NCBI GenBank assembly: GCA_003169835.1
Contig: PNAI01000034.1
Span: 4,982-68,981 of the forward strand
DNA: 64,000 bases
Source: Hyphomicrobiales bacterium
Lineage (GTDB): Bacteria > Pseudomonadota > Alphaproteobacteria > Rhizobiales > Xanthobacteraceae
Direction: 5' to 3'
Shown here: positions 1-10,101 of the stretch, one piece after another
How the letters are laid out: each line of letters begins with the position of its first letter
Numbering within the stretch: the stretch's first letter is position 1
Notes under the pieces: model-generated
Told to the model about the DNA's origin: nothing
Databases searched by the model: none
What the model saw: the letters and a program-made list of their open reading frames with translations, nothing else
Program-made: the position numbers and the translations under genes

Positions 1-46
1 CGCGCAGGATATCCATCGGTATCGTGATCGTATCTTGTGTCGTCAT
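1..46 (-). CDS. 5' end of an unidentified CDS that runs off the left edge (MTTQDTITIPMDILR...)
   Basis: ATG at 46..44 lies 7 nt downstream of the stop of the 54..1322 gene on the same strand. Only 15 codons are visible, so no function can be assigned. Confidence 0.3.
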   Translation of the reverse strand, partial: MTTQDTITIPMDILR

Positions 47-53
47 GCTGGCC

Positions 54-1322
54 CTAGCTTAATCCCGCAACGCCATGCGCGAGGACACGAACGGCCAGTT
101 CAAAGTCTTCCAGACGCATGGCCTCGTCCGGATTGTGGCTGCCGTTCTGATTACGCACGAAAATCATAGCCGCCGGGACTCCGGCGGAGGCATAAACGGC
201 GGCATCGTGCCCGGCGCCGCTCGCCATTTGTATGTGAGGAATTTTCAGATTTGCCGCTGACGAGGTGAATCGATCGAGCAAATCGCGATCCATCTCCGCA
301 GGTTCGCTGCCCGTGAGTGGGCCGAGTTCGAACTTCGCGCCGTATTTCTTGGCGATCTCTGCCGCAAGAGCATTGACGAGCGTCTTCACTACCGCCAGCG
401 TAGGCTTGGAATGGCTGCGTACGTCGATGCAGATGCTGACTTCGCCGGCGATCTTGCTGAAGGCGTGCTGTGTGGGGTCGGTAAATAACTTGCCGATGGT
501 TACCGTCAGGTCGTGCCCCTCGTGCTCAAGCCTCTCCCATTCGCTATTGAGCCGCGTGACAAAATCCGCAGCCGCGACGACGGCATCGTGACGGTATTCG
601 CGCGGCACCGCGCCGGAATGGCCATATTCGCCGAGTACGCGTGCGTTCCGGTAGCGGAAGCTTCCGCGAATGCCGGTCACCAATGCGAGCGGAATGTCAC
701 GGCCAGTCAGGACTGGCCCTTGTTCGATATGCAGCTCGACATAGCCGCGAAGTTGGTTCGGCCTGAACAACGCTTCGCCTCTCCTAACGGCCGCCGGGTC
801 AAAGCCAAGTTCGGTCATGTGCTGCGCCAGCGTGCGGCCCGTATCGGCACGTGGAATTTCCAGTGCGAATTTCGGCAGAAGACCCAATGCCGCCTTCGAG
901 CCGACATACGAATAGGGAAACCAGGTACTTTCTTCCGCTCGGATTGCCAGAACGGCGACATCGCCGGCCGGCACGAAGCCTGTGCGCTTCCACGCCGTCA
1001 GAATCGCAATGCCGGCAATGACGCCGGCAGCTCCATCGAAATTGCCGCCTTGCGGTACTGAATCAAGATGCGATGCGATCAGGAAAATCCCTTTTTCCTG
1101 GTCGTGCCCCTTCAGAGTGACATAGAGATTGCCTCCGGCGTCGGTGGTGGTCGCAAGTCCAGCCGCGCGTCCGGTCTGCGCGATCAGATCATGGGCGAAT
1201 TGTTCGCCTTCACCGTAGGACGCGCGCGTGATGCCGACAGTGTCGTGCGTTTTTTGCGCGAGCATGTCGAACAGCTGTGCGGCAAGCTTGAAGTCCGGCT
1301 CCGGAAGGGCGGATGCTGCCAT
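54..1322 (-). CDS. Zn-dependent M20-family amidase of the hydantoinase/carbamoylase type (N-carbamoyl-L-amino-acid hydrolase or allantoate amidohydrolase-like)
   Basis: 422-aa ORF. The N-terminal region GITRASYGEGEQFAHDL...ASHLDSVPQGGNFDGAAGV is typical of AmaB/AllC-type amidases. It abuts the next gene (1322/1324). Confidence 0.85.
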   Translation of the reverse strand: MAASALPEPDFKLAAQLFDMLAQKTHDTVGITRASYGEGEQFAHDLIAQTGRAAGLATTTDAGGNLYVTLKGHDQEKGIFLIASHLDSVPQGGNFDGAAGVIAGIAILTAWKRTGFVPAGDVAVLAIRAEESTWFPYSYVGSKAALGLLPKFALEIPRADTGRTLAQHMTELGFDPAAVRRGEALFRPNQLRGYVELHIEQGPVLTGRDIPLALVTGIRGSFRYRNARVLGEYGHSGAVPREYRHDAVVAAADFVTRLNSEWERLEHEGHDLTVTIGKLFTDPTQHAFSKIAGEVSICIDVRSHSKPTLAVVKTLVNALAAEIAKKYGAKFELGPLTGSEPAEMDRDLLDRFTSSAANLKIPHIQMASGAGHDAAVYASAGVPAAMIFVRNQNGSHNPDEAMRLEDFELAVRVLAHGVAGLS

Positions 1323-1323
1323 A

Positions 1324-2532
1324 TCAAACCCGCAACATTTCCCGCTTGAGTTTCCCGAGCGGACGCGCCGCGCCTTCGGTCACCAGCACGGTCTCGCTGA
1401 CCGCAACAGTAAACTTTCCCCATTCGCGTAGTGCCACTGGAACGTGGAACACCATGCCGGGCTGCAGTGGAACGGTAACGTCGTGGTAGAGACTAAGGAT
1501 ATTGCCTTCACCCCAATCCGGCGCAAACGAAATCCCGATGCTGTAGCCGGTTCGTTTGCGATAGCCACCGGTGAAGCCATCGCGATCGATGATTTTCTGA
1601 GCGGCGTTGTGCACGTCCGCGCAGGTCTTGCCTACGCGCAAATTTTCGATCGCCGCCGCTAGTCCCTCGTCGCAGGTCTTGTACATGTCGAGCGCGAGCT
1701 GCGGGACTTTTCCAACGCTCGCCGTGCGGAACATTGCGACGTGATAGCGGTTGTAACAAGCGACCGTCTCCAAGGCGACGAGGTCGCCCGACTCGATCTT
1801 GCGGCGGCGCCAGGTGGTGTGCGGCACGCCCGAGCGCGGACCGGACGTGACGAACGGATCCATGCCGAGATATTCCGAGCCTGCCAATATTGCGGCGTTC
1901 ATGATTGCCGCAGCTACTTCATTTTCGTTTGCTCCTTCGCGCACTTTGTCGAGACCAGCTTGCATGCCGGCATCATTGGCGGCTGCGGATTTTTCCATTT
2001 GTTCGAGTTCAAGGCTCGACTTCACGCTCCGCAGTGGCTCCACTAGACCCGCACCATCGAGTAGCGCGCCGAATTCCGAAGCAAAGCGCTCATAGAGATT
2101 GACCGTCAGGAACCAGGCGCCGCGGTCGATTGCTACGCGCTTGCCCTTCCAACCTCGCCGATGCAGCGCCGCGGCCACCGCCGCACCGGGATGGGCATCA
2201 TCGGCGTAGCCCTCAATGTCGGACATGAAGGTGTTGAGTCGCGCGTTCATTGTCTCGAGTCCGCGCAGAATATGAAATGGTTCGCCGGATTGCGGGACGC
2301 ATAGGCATTGGAATGTGTAGTATCCAGGCGTCTGCTGGCCGGTCAGGAAGAATATGTTCTCTGGACCCGACATGAGAAGAAGGTCGAAGCCCTTTGCCGT
2401 CATCTGAGTACGCAGCATCGTAAGTCTACGGTCGTATTCGGCTTTCGGGAAAACCGTTTCGGCGCCTTGCGGTACCATCTTCAAGGTAGCGCTCAGATCT
2501 AAATTCGACATTTCATCATTCCTTCCAAACAA
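1324..2532 (-). CDS. M24-family metallopeptidase (creatinase, Xaa-Pro peptidase or ectoine-hydrolase-like)
   Basis: 402-aa ORF with a creatinase-N-like N-terminal half (FDLLLMSGPENIFFLTG) and a pita-bread C-terminal half. Tightly packed in an operon. Confidence 0.8.
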   Translation of the reverse strand: MFGRNDEMSNLDLSATLKMVPQGAETVFPKAEYDRRLTMLRTQMTAKGFDLLLMSGPENIFFLTGQQTPGYYTFQCLCVPQSGEPFHILRGLETMNARLNTFMSDIEGYADDAHPGAAVAAALHRRGWKGKRVAIDRGAWFLTVNLYERFASEFGALLDGAGLVEPLRSVKSSLELEQMEKSAAANDAGMQAGLDKVREGANENEVAAAIMNAAILAGSEYLGMDPFVTSGPRSGVPHTTWRRRKIESGDLVALETVACYNRYHVAMFRTASVGKVPQLALDMYKTCDEGLAAAIENLRVGKTCADVHNAAQKIIDRDGFTGGYRKRTGYSIGISFAPDWGEGNILSLYHDVTVPLQPGMVFHVPVALREWGKFTVAVSETVLVTEGAARPLGKLKREMLRV

Positions 2533-2558
2533 AATTGTGCAGGCGACTCGATGCCTTC

Positions 2559-3467
2559 CTAGCCACGCTCCTCGGGGGCAAGAATCAAATCCAAGACCGC
2601 GTCGAGTTTTTCGCGCTGATCCGAAGTAATTGCGAGCAGTGGTGGGCGCACGACCCCGCCTGCCCAGCCGCGATAAGCCATCGCTGCCTTAACGGTTTGT
2701 GGCTGACCAAATCGCCTGGCCAATTCCCGATACTCGAACCAGCTGCTGTGCAGGCGTGTTGCAGTATGCGCATCTCCCGCCATCATTGCCCTGAAACACT
2801 GCAGAATCAATTCGGATAAGGCGCAGCTGTTGGTCGAAGAAAGGCCATCGAATCCCGCGCTGAGTGGACCAAGAAAAGCGAGATCGGATGCACAGAACAG
2901 TTTGATTTTTCCGCCGAGACGGTTGGACAATTCGTCGATAGTTGTCGGATTCAAATCACCCTGCTTGAGGCCGATCACATGACTCATGTCGCTCAACCGC
3001 TCGATCAACCTGGCTGATAACGTGATCCCGATGCCTGGGGCATTGTAAATGACTAGTCCGCTCGAGGAGGCCGGCGCGAGTGCTCTGAAAAATTCCACGA
3101 TATGTTCATCGTCGACTTCGGAAACGAAAGGAGCTGTGATCATCGGGATGCCACCGAGTTCGGCCGCAAGTTGTGTCAGCTCAAATGCAACGCGCGGATC
3201 GGAATGGGCACTGCACAGTAAGACAGGCACGCGATCGCGGACGATCTCGAAGACTCGTCGAAATAATGTCGCACGCTCCTCTACGGACATTGCGGGAAAC
3301 TCGCCGTAGGTTCCTCCGATCAACAACCCATCGAAGCCTAAGCCTAAGAGCCGTTCGATGTTTTCCGCCAAACCGCGAAAATCAATTCCGTCGCCGGGAA
3401 TGAATGGCGTGACCGTAATATTGAAAACGCCCTTGAGCCGAGCCTTGGATTCACTTGCTGTTGTCAT
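2559..3467 (-). CDS. Dihydrodipicolinate synthase / N-acetylneuraminate lyase family (DapA-like) class I aldolase
   Basis: KGVFNITVTPF...GLLIGGTYGEFPAMSVEER is the DHDPS-family N-terminus. The ORF is open to 3554, but I place the start at the ATG at 3467 (MTTASESKARLKG). Confidence 0.8.
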   Translation of the reverse strand: MTTASESKARLKGVFNITVTPFIPGDGIDFRGLAENIERLLGLGFDGLLIGGTYGEFPAMSVEERATLFRRVFEIVRDRVPVLLCSAHSDPRVAFELTQLAAELGGIPMITAPFVSEVDDEHIVEFFRALAPASSSGLVIYNAPGIGITLSARLIERLSDMSHVIGLKQGDLNPTTIDELSNRLGGKIKLFCASDLAFLGPLSAGFDGLSSTNSCALSELILQCFRAMMAGDAHTATRLHSSWFEYRELARRFGQPQTVKAAMAYRGWAGGVVRPPLLAITSDQREKLDAVLDLILAPEERG

Positions 3468-3773
3468 TTTCTGCACTTGCAACCGCGAAGCGCCAGCTTC
3501 ATTGCGGCTCTGCGTTTGAGCATTGCTGTGGCGAATTGCCTCAAGGCTGTGCACCGCTGCGGAGGAGGCAAAAACGGCTTACAAATCTCAGTAAGTACAG
3601 CCATCAGCAGCCTGGAGTGTTAGGATGAGCCTGCAATATCGCTCAGTTTTTTATCTTGTATGCAATGTGTATTTCAATACAATCTTTCGAAAGCCAGCAT
3701 GCATGTGGGTCCATCGACAGAACGGGTGCGCATTTTTGCTGGCGGTATAGCGGCCTGCAGACGGAGAGTGAAA

Positions 3774-4784
3774 ATGAAGGCGCTCCGATTTCTTTCTGTT
3801 TTGTTGGCAGTTTCGTGCTTGGGGAGCGCGGCGTCGGCACAGCAACAGCTGCCGACCATGGTCCATGCGGGCCTGCGCACGCTCTATCTCGCGCCGCTCT
3901 TCATCGGCATTGATCGCGGCATCTTCAAAGCTGACGGTGTTGATGTCACTTATCAGGAGTTGGAAAGCGGTGCGCTTTCGCCCGCTGCGCTCCTATCCGG
4001 TCAAGCGCATGTGACGAGCGACGAGATCCTCGGTATCGCGCCGCTCGCTAAGCAGGGCAAAGAGTTCATGATGATTTACAATCTCATGGATCGGATGACC
4101 ATGAATCTCGTCGTGCGCAGTGACGTGCTGCAGAAGGCGGGCTTTAATCCGAACGCATCGGCGAAAGACAAGGCCAAGGTGCTGAAAGGTTTGACGATCG
4201 GCATCACGCGGCCGGGCGCGCCGACCGACACCTACTCGCGCTATTTCATGATCATGGGAGGCCTCGATCCCAAGCGGGACGCGACGCTAGTGCAGATCGG
4301 CGGCGGCGGTGCTCTGAATGCCGCCTTTCGCGCCGGCCGCATCGACGCGTTCATGCTCTCACCTCCTTTTCCGCAAGTCGCCGAGAAGGATGGCGTCGGC
4401 AAAATCATTTTCAACAACACAGGCGGCGAGGTCCCGGAATTGACCGGCATGAGCTACATCGTTCTATTCACCAGCAAGGAATTCGCCGAGAAGAACAAGC
4501 CGGTGGTAAAAGCCTATGCGCGCGGAATCCAGGATTCGCTGAAATGGATTCGGGAAAATCGCGCCGAAGCACTTAAAATGCTTGGCGAAAAGTGGTTCAA
4601 GGACACCAAACCCGAGACACTTGAATTGTCGCTCGACGCCCTGCTGCCCTCGCTCAGTGCGACTGGCGAGTTCACACCGTCGTCCTTCACGAAGTTCCTT
4701 GACGTCTACAAGACCGTCGGCGAGACCGTCGATATTGATCTGACCGAAGGGAAATTGTGGACGAACGAATTCATCAAGCGATAG
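3774..4784 (+). CDS. ABC transporter substrate-binding protein, NMT1/SsuA/TauA (NitT/TauT) type
   Basis: Signal peptide MKALRFLSVLLAVSCLGSAASAQQ at the internal ATG 3774 (the ORF is open from 3660). NMT1-like body. First gene of the transporter operon. Confidence 0.8.
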   Translation: MKALRFLSVLLAVSCLGSAASAQQQLPTMVHAGLRTLYLAPLFIGIDRGIFKADGVDVTYQELESGALSPAALLSGQAHVTSDEILGIAPLAKQGKEFMMIYNLMDRMTMNLVVRSDVLQKAGFNPNASAKDKAKVLKGLTIGITRPGAPTDTYSRYFMIMGGLDPKRDATLVQIGGGGALNAAFRAGRIDAFMLSPPFPQVAEKDGVGKIIFNNTGGEVPELTGMSYIVLFTSKEFAEKNKPVVKAYARGIQDSLKWIRENRAEALKMLGEKWFKDTKPETLELSLDALLPSLSATGEFTPSSFTKFLDVYKTVGETVDIDLTEGKLWTNEFIKR

Positions 4785-4835
4785 CAGCTCTCACCTGCGC
4801 TGCGGGCGTTAATCAGTGGAATGGGATGAACCGAG

Positions 4836-5741
4836 GTGGGTGAGGGCGAATTGAAAGGCTGGACGGTCGCTGTGCTCGGCGGTGATGTCCGGATGCTCGA
4901 ACATATGCGGCTGGCTCGGCTCGCCGGCGCGAAGGTTCAGCACTACGGCTCGATTTCAGGGGCTGATGAGGCCGCCGGTCAGCCGCAAGCAGCAAATCTT
5001 GCCGCCGCGGTCAAAGGTGCGCGCATCATTTCGTGCCCTATTCCCGGCCTTGGCGCCGACGATGAGCTTTACGCTAAATACACGACCGAGAAGCTGCGCC
5101 TGACCGCTGACGTGCTCAAATGCGCCGCGCCAAACGCCATGCTGCTTACCTGCTATTCAACGCCAAAGCTGGATGAATGGGCGAAAACCGCTTCCGTAAC
5201 GATCATTCCCTACGGCGAGGACGATGCGCTTTCGATTCTGCACGCAGTCCCAACCGCGGAAGGCGCAATCCGGATCGCGATCGAGAATACCGACGACACG
5301 CTGCTGGGGATGGATGTGCTGTGCGTTGGACTCGGCCGCGTTGGCGTCAGCGTTGCGCAGGCGTTCGAAGGGATGAAGTCGCGTGTCTCGCTCGCCGCGC
5401 GCAATCCGGCGCAATTGGCCCGCGCCTGGGCGATGAACACGGTCCCGATTGAATTGCGCGATCTCAAAGCGCATGTCGGCAAATTCGGCCTGATCGTAAG
5501 CTCGACCTCGGGCCGCGTCCTCGACAAGGACCTGCTCGCGTTGACACGGCCGGACGTTGTGATCATTGATTTGTGCTCGCCGCCAGGCAGCATCGACTTC
5601 GAAGCCGCCAAGGCGCTTGGGCGTAAGGTGATCTGGGCCCGAGGTCAGGCCGGACGCGCGCCACGCCGAGCCGGCGCCGATGAATGGCAGGTGCTGATGC
5701 GCATCGTGCGCGAACGTACGCCTGAATTGAAGCGCGCGTGA
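4836..5741 (+). CDS. Dipicolinate synthase subunit A (DpaA/SpoVFA)-like NAD(P)-binding dehydrogenase
   Basis: Aligns from memory along its whole length with Bacillus DpaA: VAVLGGDVRMLEHMRLA, VPTAEGAIRIAIENTD, VGLGRVGVSVAQAF, IIDLCSPPGSIDF. GTG start. The stop overlaps the next gene (5738/5741). Confidence 0.75.
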   Translation: MGEGELKGWTVAVLGGDVRMLEHMRLARLAGAKVQHYGSISGADEAAGQPQAANLAAAVKGARIISCPIPGLGADDELYAKYTTEKLRLTADVLKCAAPNAMLLTCYSTPKLDEWAKTASVTIIPYGEDDALSILHAVPTAEGAIRIAIENTDDTLLGMDVLCVGLGRVGVSVAQAFEGMKSRVSLAARNPAQLARAWAMNTVPIELRDLKAHVGKFGLIVSSTSGRVLDKDLLALTRPDVVIIDLCSPPGSIDFEAAKALGRKVIWARGQAGRAPRRAGADEWQVLMRIVRERTPELKRA

Positions 5742-6592
5742 CTGTCACCGCGACCGTCAAGCCCGAAAGGGAAGTGGAGAGGGAGATGGCGCCCGCCACC
5801 AGTGTGCTCGAAGCCCGCAATGTCTACAAAGTGTTCGTGGCGCGCGGAGGCAAGGCGAGAACGGCGCTGCGAAATGTCGAGCTGACAATCCGGCGCGGCG
5901 AGTTTGTCTGCCTCGTTGGGCCATCGGGCTGCGGCAAATCAACGGTACTCAACATGTTTGCTGGGCTGGTCACGCCGTCCGACGGCACGATCCTACACGA
6001 CGGCCGCACTATCACCGACGTCAACACGCACGTCGGTTATGTGACGCAGGATGATAATCTCCTGCCTTGGCGCACGGCGCTGGGGAATGTCGAACTCGCG
6101 CTCGAATGCAAAAGTGTCGGCCGCGCGGAGCGACGTGAGCGAGCCTTCGACTATCTCGCGCGTGTCGGCTTGAAAGGCAATGAAGAACTCTACCCGCACG
6201 AATTGTCCGGCGGCATGCGCAAGCGCGTGTCGATCGTGCGCACTCTCGTCGACGACAGTGTCGATGTCATTCTTATGGACGAGCCATTCGGCCCGCTCGA
6301 TGCACAGACGCGCCTGATCTTGCAGGACGAATTGCTGCGGCTTTGGCAGGGAACTGGACGCACCATCGTCTTCGTCACCCACGATATCGTGGAAGCCATC
6401 GCCTTGAGCGATCGCATCGCGATCTTCACTAGCGTGCCGGGCTCGATCAAGCAGGTTCGCGATGTTACGCTACCGCGCCCGCGTGATGTTTTTCATATTC
6501 ATGAGACGCCTGGATTCTCGACTATATACGATGCGATCTGGAACGATCTGCGCGAGGAAATCCTGAAAGGGCGAGACGATGCCGGCGCGTGA
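5738..6592 (+). CDS. ABC transporter ATP-binding protein (NitT/TauT family)
   Basis: Walker A GPSGCGKST, signature LSGGMRKR and Walker B ILMDEPFGPLD. Overlaps both neighbours. Confidence 0.9.
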   Translation: MTVTATVKPEREVEREMAPATSVLEARNVYKVFVARGGKARTALRNVELTIRRGEFVCLVGPSGCGKSTVLNMFAGLVTPSDGTILHDGRTITDVNTHVGYVTQDDNLLPWRTALGNVELALECKSVGRAERRERAFDYLARVGLKGNEELYPHELSGGMRKRVSIVRTLVDDSVDVILMDEPFGPLDAQTRLILQDELLRLWQGTGRTIVFVTHDIVEAIALSDRIAIFTSVPGSIKQVRDVTLPRPRDVFHIHETPGFSTIYDAIWNDLREEILKGRDDAGA

Positions 6593-7451
6593 ACAGCCAA
6601 TGCAGGTGAACGCGGGCTGGGCGCATGAGCAATCGCTACTCGTGCGCGAGGAGCGTCACGCCACGGTCACGCGGCGATACGAAACCCTTCGGATCTTTTC
6701 GCTTCGGGCCGTCGTTATGGGCGGAATTCTTGGGCTGTGGTGGACCGCCTCGGGCACGCTAATCGACAGGCTGTTCGTCAGCGACCCCATTTCGGTCGTG
6801 ACGTCCTTCGTCCAGATGTCGCTCGACGGGACGCTGTGGTGGCATCTTGAAAGCACGCTCCTCGAAATGACGCTTGGATACATACTCGGCGTGACGGTCG
6901 GTGTCGCTCTCGCCATTATTGTTACGCTGATCCCGTGGGGCGGTCAGATCGTTCGGCCTCTCATGCTTGGCGTCTTTGCAATCCCAAAAGTAGCGCTTGC
7001 GCCGCTGATTATTGTCTGGTTCGGCATCCATTTGCTGCCGAAGGTCATTCTCGCGGCTTCGCTGGTCCTGTTCATCGTCTATTTCAGTACGCTCGCTGGC
7101 TTTGCTGCCGTCAGTCGAGATCTCATCGCCAGCATCCGGGTGATGGGGGCCTCGCGCTCGGCGCTGTTTATCAAGCTGATCTTGCCGAGCGCCGCGCCTT
7201 ATATTTTCGCCGCCATGCGCATCACGCTGCCCGGCGCGTTGATCGGTGCGATCATCGGAGAATTCGTCAGCAGCAATCGCGGCGTTGGATTTTTGATCGC
7301 ATATGCCAGTTCGCGCTACAACACAGCCCAGGTTTTCGCTGGAATTTTGAGTCTCCTGATCTTTGTTCTGATTCTCAACACGTTGGTCTCTCGTGTGGAG
7401 AAATACATTGCGCGATGGCGGCCTGATCAGGTTCAGCGGAATCGAAACTGA
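6579..7451 (+). CDS. ABC transporter permease (NitT/TauT family)
   Basis: Multi-TM protein with an EAA-like loop (MGASRSALFIKLILPSAAPYIF). Its stop TGA overlaps the next ATG by 1 nt (TGATG at 7449-7453). Confidence 0.85.
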   Translation: MPAREQPMQVNAGWAHEQSLLVREERHATVTRRYETLRIFSLRAVVMGGILGLWWTASGTLIDRLFVSDPISVVTSFVQMSLDGTLWWHLESTLLEMTLGYILGVTVGVALAIIVTLIPWGGQIVRPLMLGVFAIPKVALAPLIIVWFGIHLLPKVILAASLVLFIVYFSTLAGFAAVSRDLIASIRVMGASRSALFIKLILPSAAPYIFAAMRITLPGALIGAIIGEFVSSNRGVGFLIAYASSRYNTAQVFAGILSLLIFVLILNTLVSRVEKYIARWRPDQVQRNRN

Positions 7452-9196
7452 TGGACGCGGTAAACCATCATTTCCGAACGCTCGAAACCGATGTCCTCGT
7501 GATCGGCGGCGGGTTGGCGGCGCTGCGCGCCGCAATTTCCGCCCGCCAGGCCGGTGCGCGGGTGCTGGTTGCGGTCAAGCGGCTTCTCGGACGTAGCGGT
7601 TCATCGGCCCTGACGACTGGCGGCTACGCGGCAGCTTCTCCTGAGTTGAACAAGCAGGACGACGCGCGCCTGCATTACATCGACACCGTTGTCGGCGGCG
7701 GTTATGTCAACGAACGCGCACTGGTAAGCGCTCTGGTCGATGAAGCGCCGGCGCGGCTTGCCGAATTATGGGAATTTGGCGCTCAGTTTCGCAAACGCGA
7801 CGGCCAGTATCACCTCTCGCCCAGCGGAGACCATTCCGAAGCGCGCGTACTTATTCCGGAACACATGCGCGGCAGCGACATGACGCTGCCGATGCGCGTG
7901 GTCGCCTTGGCGCTCGGCATAGATGTGCTAGAAAATTGCGTCATCACGGATTTGCTGCGCGACGACGACCATATCGTCGGCGCGGTCGGTATTGCGCGCA
8001 ACAAGATCGAAGGCTTCGTGATCCAAGCCGGGACGACCGTGTTGGCCGCCGGTGGCGCGGGGCGTATGTTCAAGATCACCAGCAACCCGGCCGATGTCTG
8101 CGGCGGCGGATTCGCACTCGCACTGCGGGCGGGCGCGCGCCTGCGCGACATGGAGTTTATTCAGTTTTATCCCTGGCGCCTCATTCGTCCCTTCAAATCG
8201 ACGCGAGTGCCAATCCAGCCCTCAACGTTCTCGATCGGTGGTCGCCTCTATAACAGCAAGGGCGAGCGTTTCATGGAGACCTTTGATCCGGTGCGCAAGG
8301 AATCGACCACGCGCGATCTGTCCGCGCGCGGCATTTTCGAGCAGATCAGGGCAGGCCATTCCGTCGAGGATGGCGTCATTCTTGATGTGTCGCAGATCCC
8401 GGACGACCAGTTCCGATATGAGAATTCCAAAGTCGTGGAGTTGCTCGATCCCAAGAAAATCGACTATCGCTCGATCGAACTCGTGGTCGCGCCGGAAGCG
8501 CATTTTTTCATGGGAGGCGTTCTGATTGACGAAAACGGCAAATCCGATCTGTCCGGCCTCTATGCGGCCGGGGAAAATGCCGGCGGCATACATGGCGGCA
8601 ACCGGCTCAACAGCAATGCGGTTCCGGATACTCAAGTTTTCGGTCATCGCGCTGGTCTCGCGGCGGCGCGACAAGCGCAACAGACTGTGGGCGCGCGAAA
8701 ACCTAGAGCTGATCCGATCGCCAGGACTGGCTTGCGGCTGCAGGCGGTACAATCAGACTCCGTGACGTCGGCGCCCGAACTCGGCATGTTGCACGACAAA
8801 TTGAAAGCGGCGATGACGCTGGGCATCGGCATCGTGCGCACTTCGGAAGGGCTCGAGCGAGCCATAGCGGATGCCGGCGCAATCAGCGAACAACTTGATA
8901 GGTTACCTGTCCAAACCATGGGCGATCTGACGGTCGCGCTTGAGATTGAGGATTTGTGTGCGATCGGAACGGCCTGTGCGCGAAGCGCTCTGGCGCGCAA
9001 AGAAAGCAGGGCCGCGCATTATCGCGATGATTTTCCGCAGACCGATTCGGCGTCGGTCAAAACCGTTACGTTCGATCAAAACGGAATCGGACAACGCAAC
9101 CTGAAAATCGATCCGGCCGAAGCCGGTTGGATTGCGGCGCGCGAGGCCGCGCGCAAGGCACACGCCAAACCCAGTGAGCGCGAATATGTCGAGTAA
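7451..9196 (+). CDS. FAD-dependent oxidoreductase of the L-aspartate oxidase / succinate dehydrogenase / fumarate reductase flavoprotein family
   Basis: Dinucleotide fold DVLVIGGGLAALRAA and FrdA/NadB-like motifs (GLYAAGENAGGIHGGNRLNSN, ESRAAHYR). It sits between the two permease genes. Confidence 0.85.
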   Translation: MDAVNHHFRTLETDVLVIGGGLAALRAAISARQAGARVLVAVKRLLGRSGSSALTTGGYAAASPELNKQDDARLHYIDTVVGGGYVNERALVSALVDEAPARLAELWEFGAQFRKRDGQYHLSPSGDHSEARVLIPEHMRGSDMTLPMRVVALALGIDVLENCVITDLLRDDDHIVGAVGIARNKIEGFVIQAGTTVLAAGGAGRMFKITSNPADVCGGGFALALRAGARLRDMEFIQFYPWRLIRPFKSTRVPIQPSTFSIGGRLYNSKGERFMETFDPVRKESTTRDLSARGIFEQIRAGHSVEDGVILDVSQIPDDQFRYENSKVVELLDPKKIDYRSIELVVAPEAHFFMGGVLIDENGKSDLSGLYAAGENAGGIHGGNRLNSNAVPDTQVFGHRAGLAAARQAQQTVGARKPRADPIARTGLRLQAVQSDSVTSAPELGMLHDKLKAAMTLGIGIVRTSEGLERAIADAGAISEQLDRLPVQTMGDLTVALEIEDLCAIGTACARSALARKESRAAHYRDDFPQTDSASVKTVTFDQNGIGQRNLKIDPAEAGWIAAREAARKAHAKPSEREYVE

Positions 9197-9217
9197 GGGC
9201 GATGAGGCGGTCAGATC

Positions 9218-10081
9218 ATGAGCCAGTCGGCATCAGCCGAATACGCCAAAGTAGAACGCTTGCTGCACGATCAGGTGTCACGCGAGACACGCCGCCAGGG
9301 TTTGATCGGGAATGCGGCCGTCGCGGTGGGGCGCGCGCTTCTCATCGGGTCAATTCTCGGTGCATGGGCCTATGCCGCTGGCCGCTGGGTCGACACCGAG
9401 ACGGTCAGCGATCCGCTCGCCGTTTTCATCGCACTCATTCGCCTGATCGAGACCGGCCGCCTGTGGCCCGATCTCTGGCAGACCGTCTATGAGGTGCTCG
9501 CCGGGTATGTGCTCGGCGCGCTGGCGGCGGTTCTGCTCGCGTCGTCATTCGCGATCTTTCCGGCGATGGAACTGGCCATGCGTCCGATCCTTATTTCGGT
9601 CTATTCAATTCCGAAGGTCGCACTCGCACCGCTCATTGTCATGTGGTTCGGCCTCGGCGTCGCGCCGAAAATTATCCTTGCCGGTGGCTTTGTCTTTTTC
9701 ATCGTGTTCATGAACGTCGTCGCCGGCATCGAGAGTGTGAACCGCAATCACGTCAACATCGTCCGCGTGATGGGGGCAGGGCGCTTCACGATCCTACGCA
9801 AGATCGTGCTGCCGACCGCGATACCGTTTGTCTTCCTCGGTTTGCGGCTTGCTATCCCCGAAGCCATGATCGGCGCCGTAATCGGCGAATTCATTTCCGC
9901 CAGCCGCGGGCTTGGCTTTCTGGTCTATTCGGCATCGAATGAGCTCAACACGGCCGTATCGATGGCCGCACTGGTTGTGCTTGTCATGGTCGTGGCGATA
10001 AGTGATGTCATTCTCGGTCTGCTGGAGCGTTTCTGGCTGCCACGCCAGTTGCAGCAAGCGGATCCGAGATCGGCACATTGA
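9218..10081 (+). CDS. Second ABC transporter permease (NitT/TauT family)
   Basis: Paralogue of the 6579..7451 gene (YSIPKVALAPLIVMWFG, MGAGRFTILRKIVLPTAIPFVF). Confidence 0.85.
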   Translation: MSQSASAEYAKVERLLHDQVSRETRRQGLIGNAAVAVGRALLIGSILGAWAYAAGRWVDTETVSDPLAVFIALIRLIETGRLWPDLWQTVYEVLAGYVLGALAAVLLASSFAIFPAMELAMRPILISVYSIPKVALAPLIVMWFGLGVAPKIILAGGFVFFIVFMNVVAGIESVNRNHVNIVRVMGAGRFTILRKIVLPTAIPFVFLGLRLAIPEAMIGAVIGEFISASRGLGFLVYSASNELNTAVSMAALVVLVMVVAISDVILGLLERFWLPRQLQQADPRSAH

Positions 10082-10101
10082 AGGCAACGGAAATCTGATC
10101 A

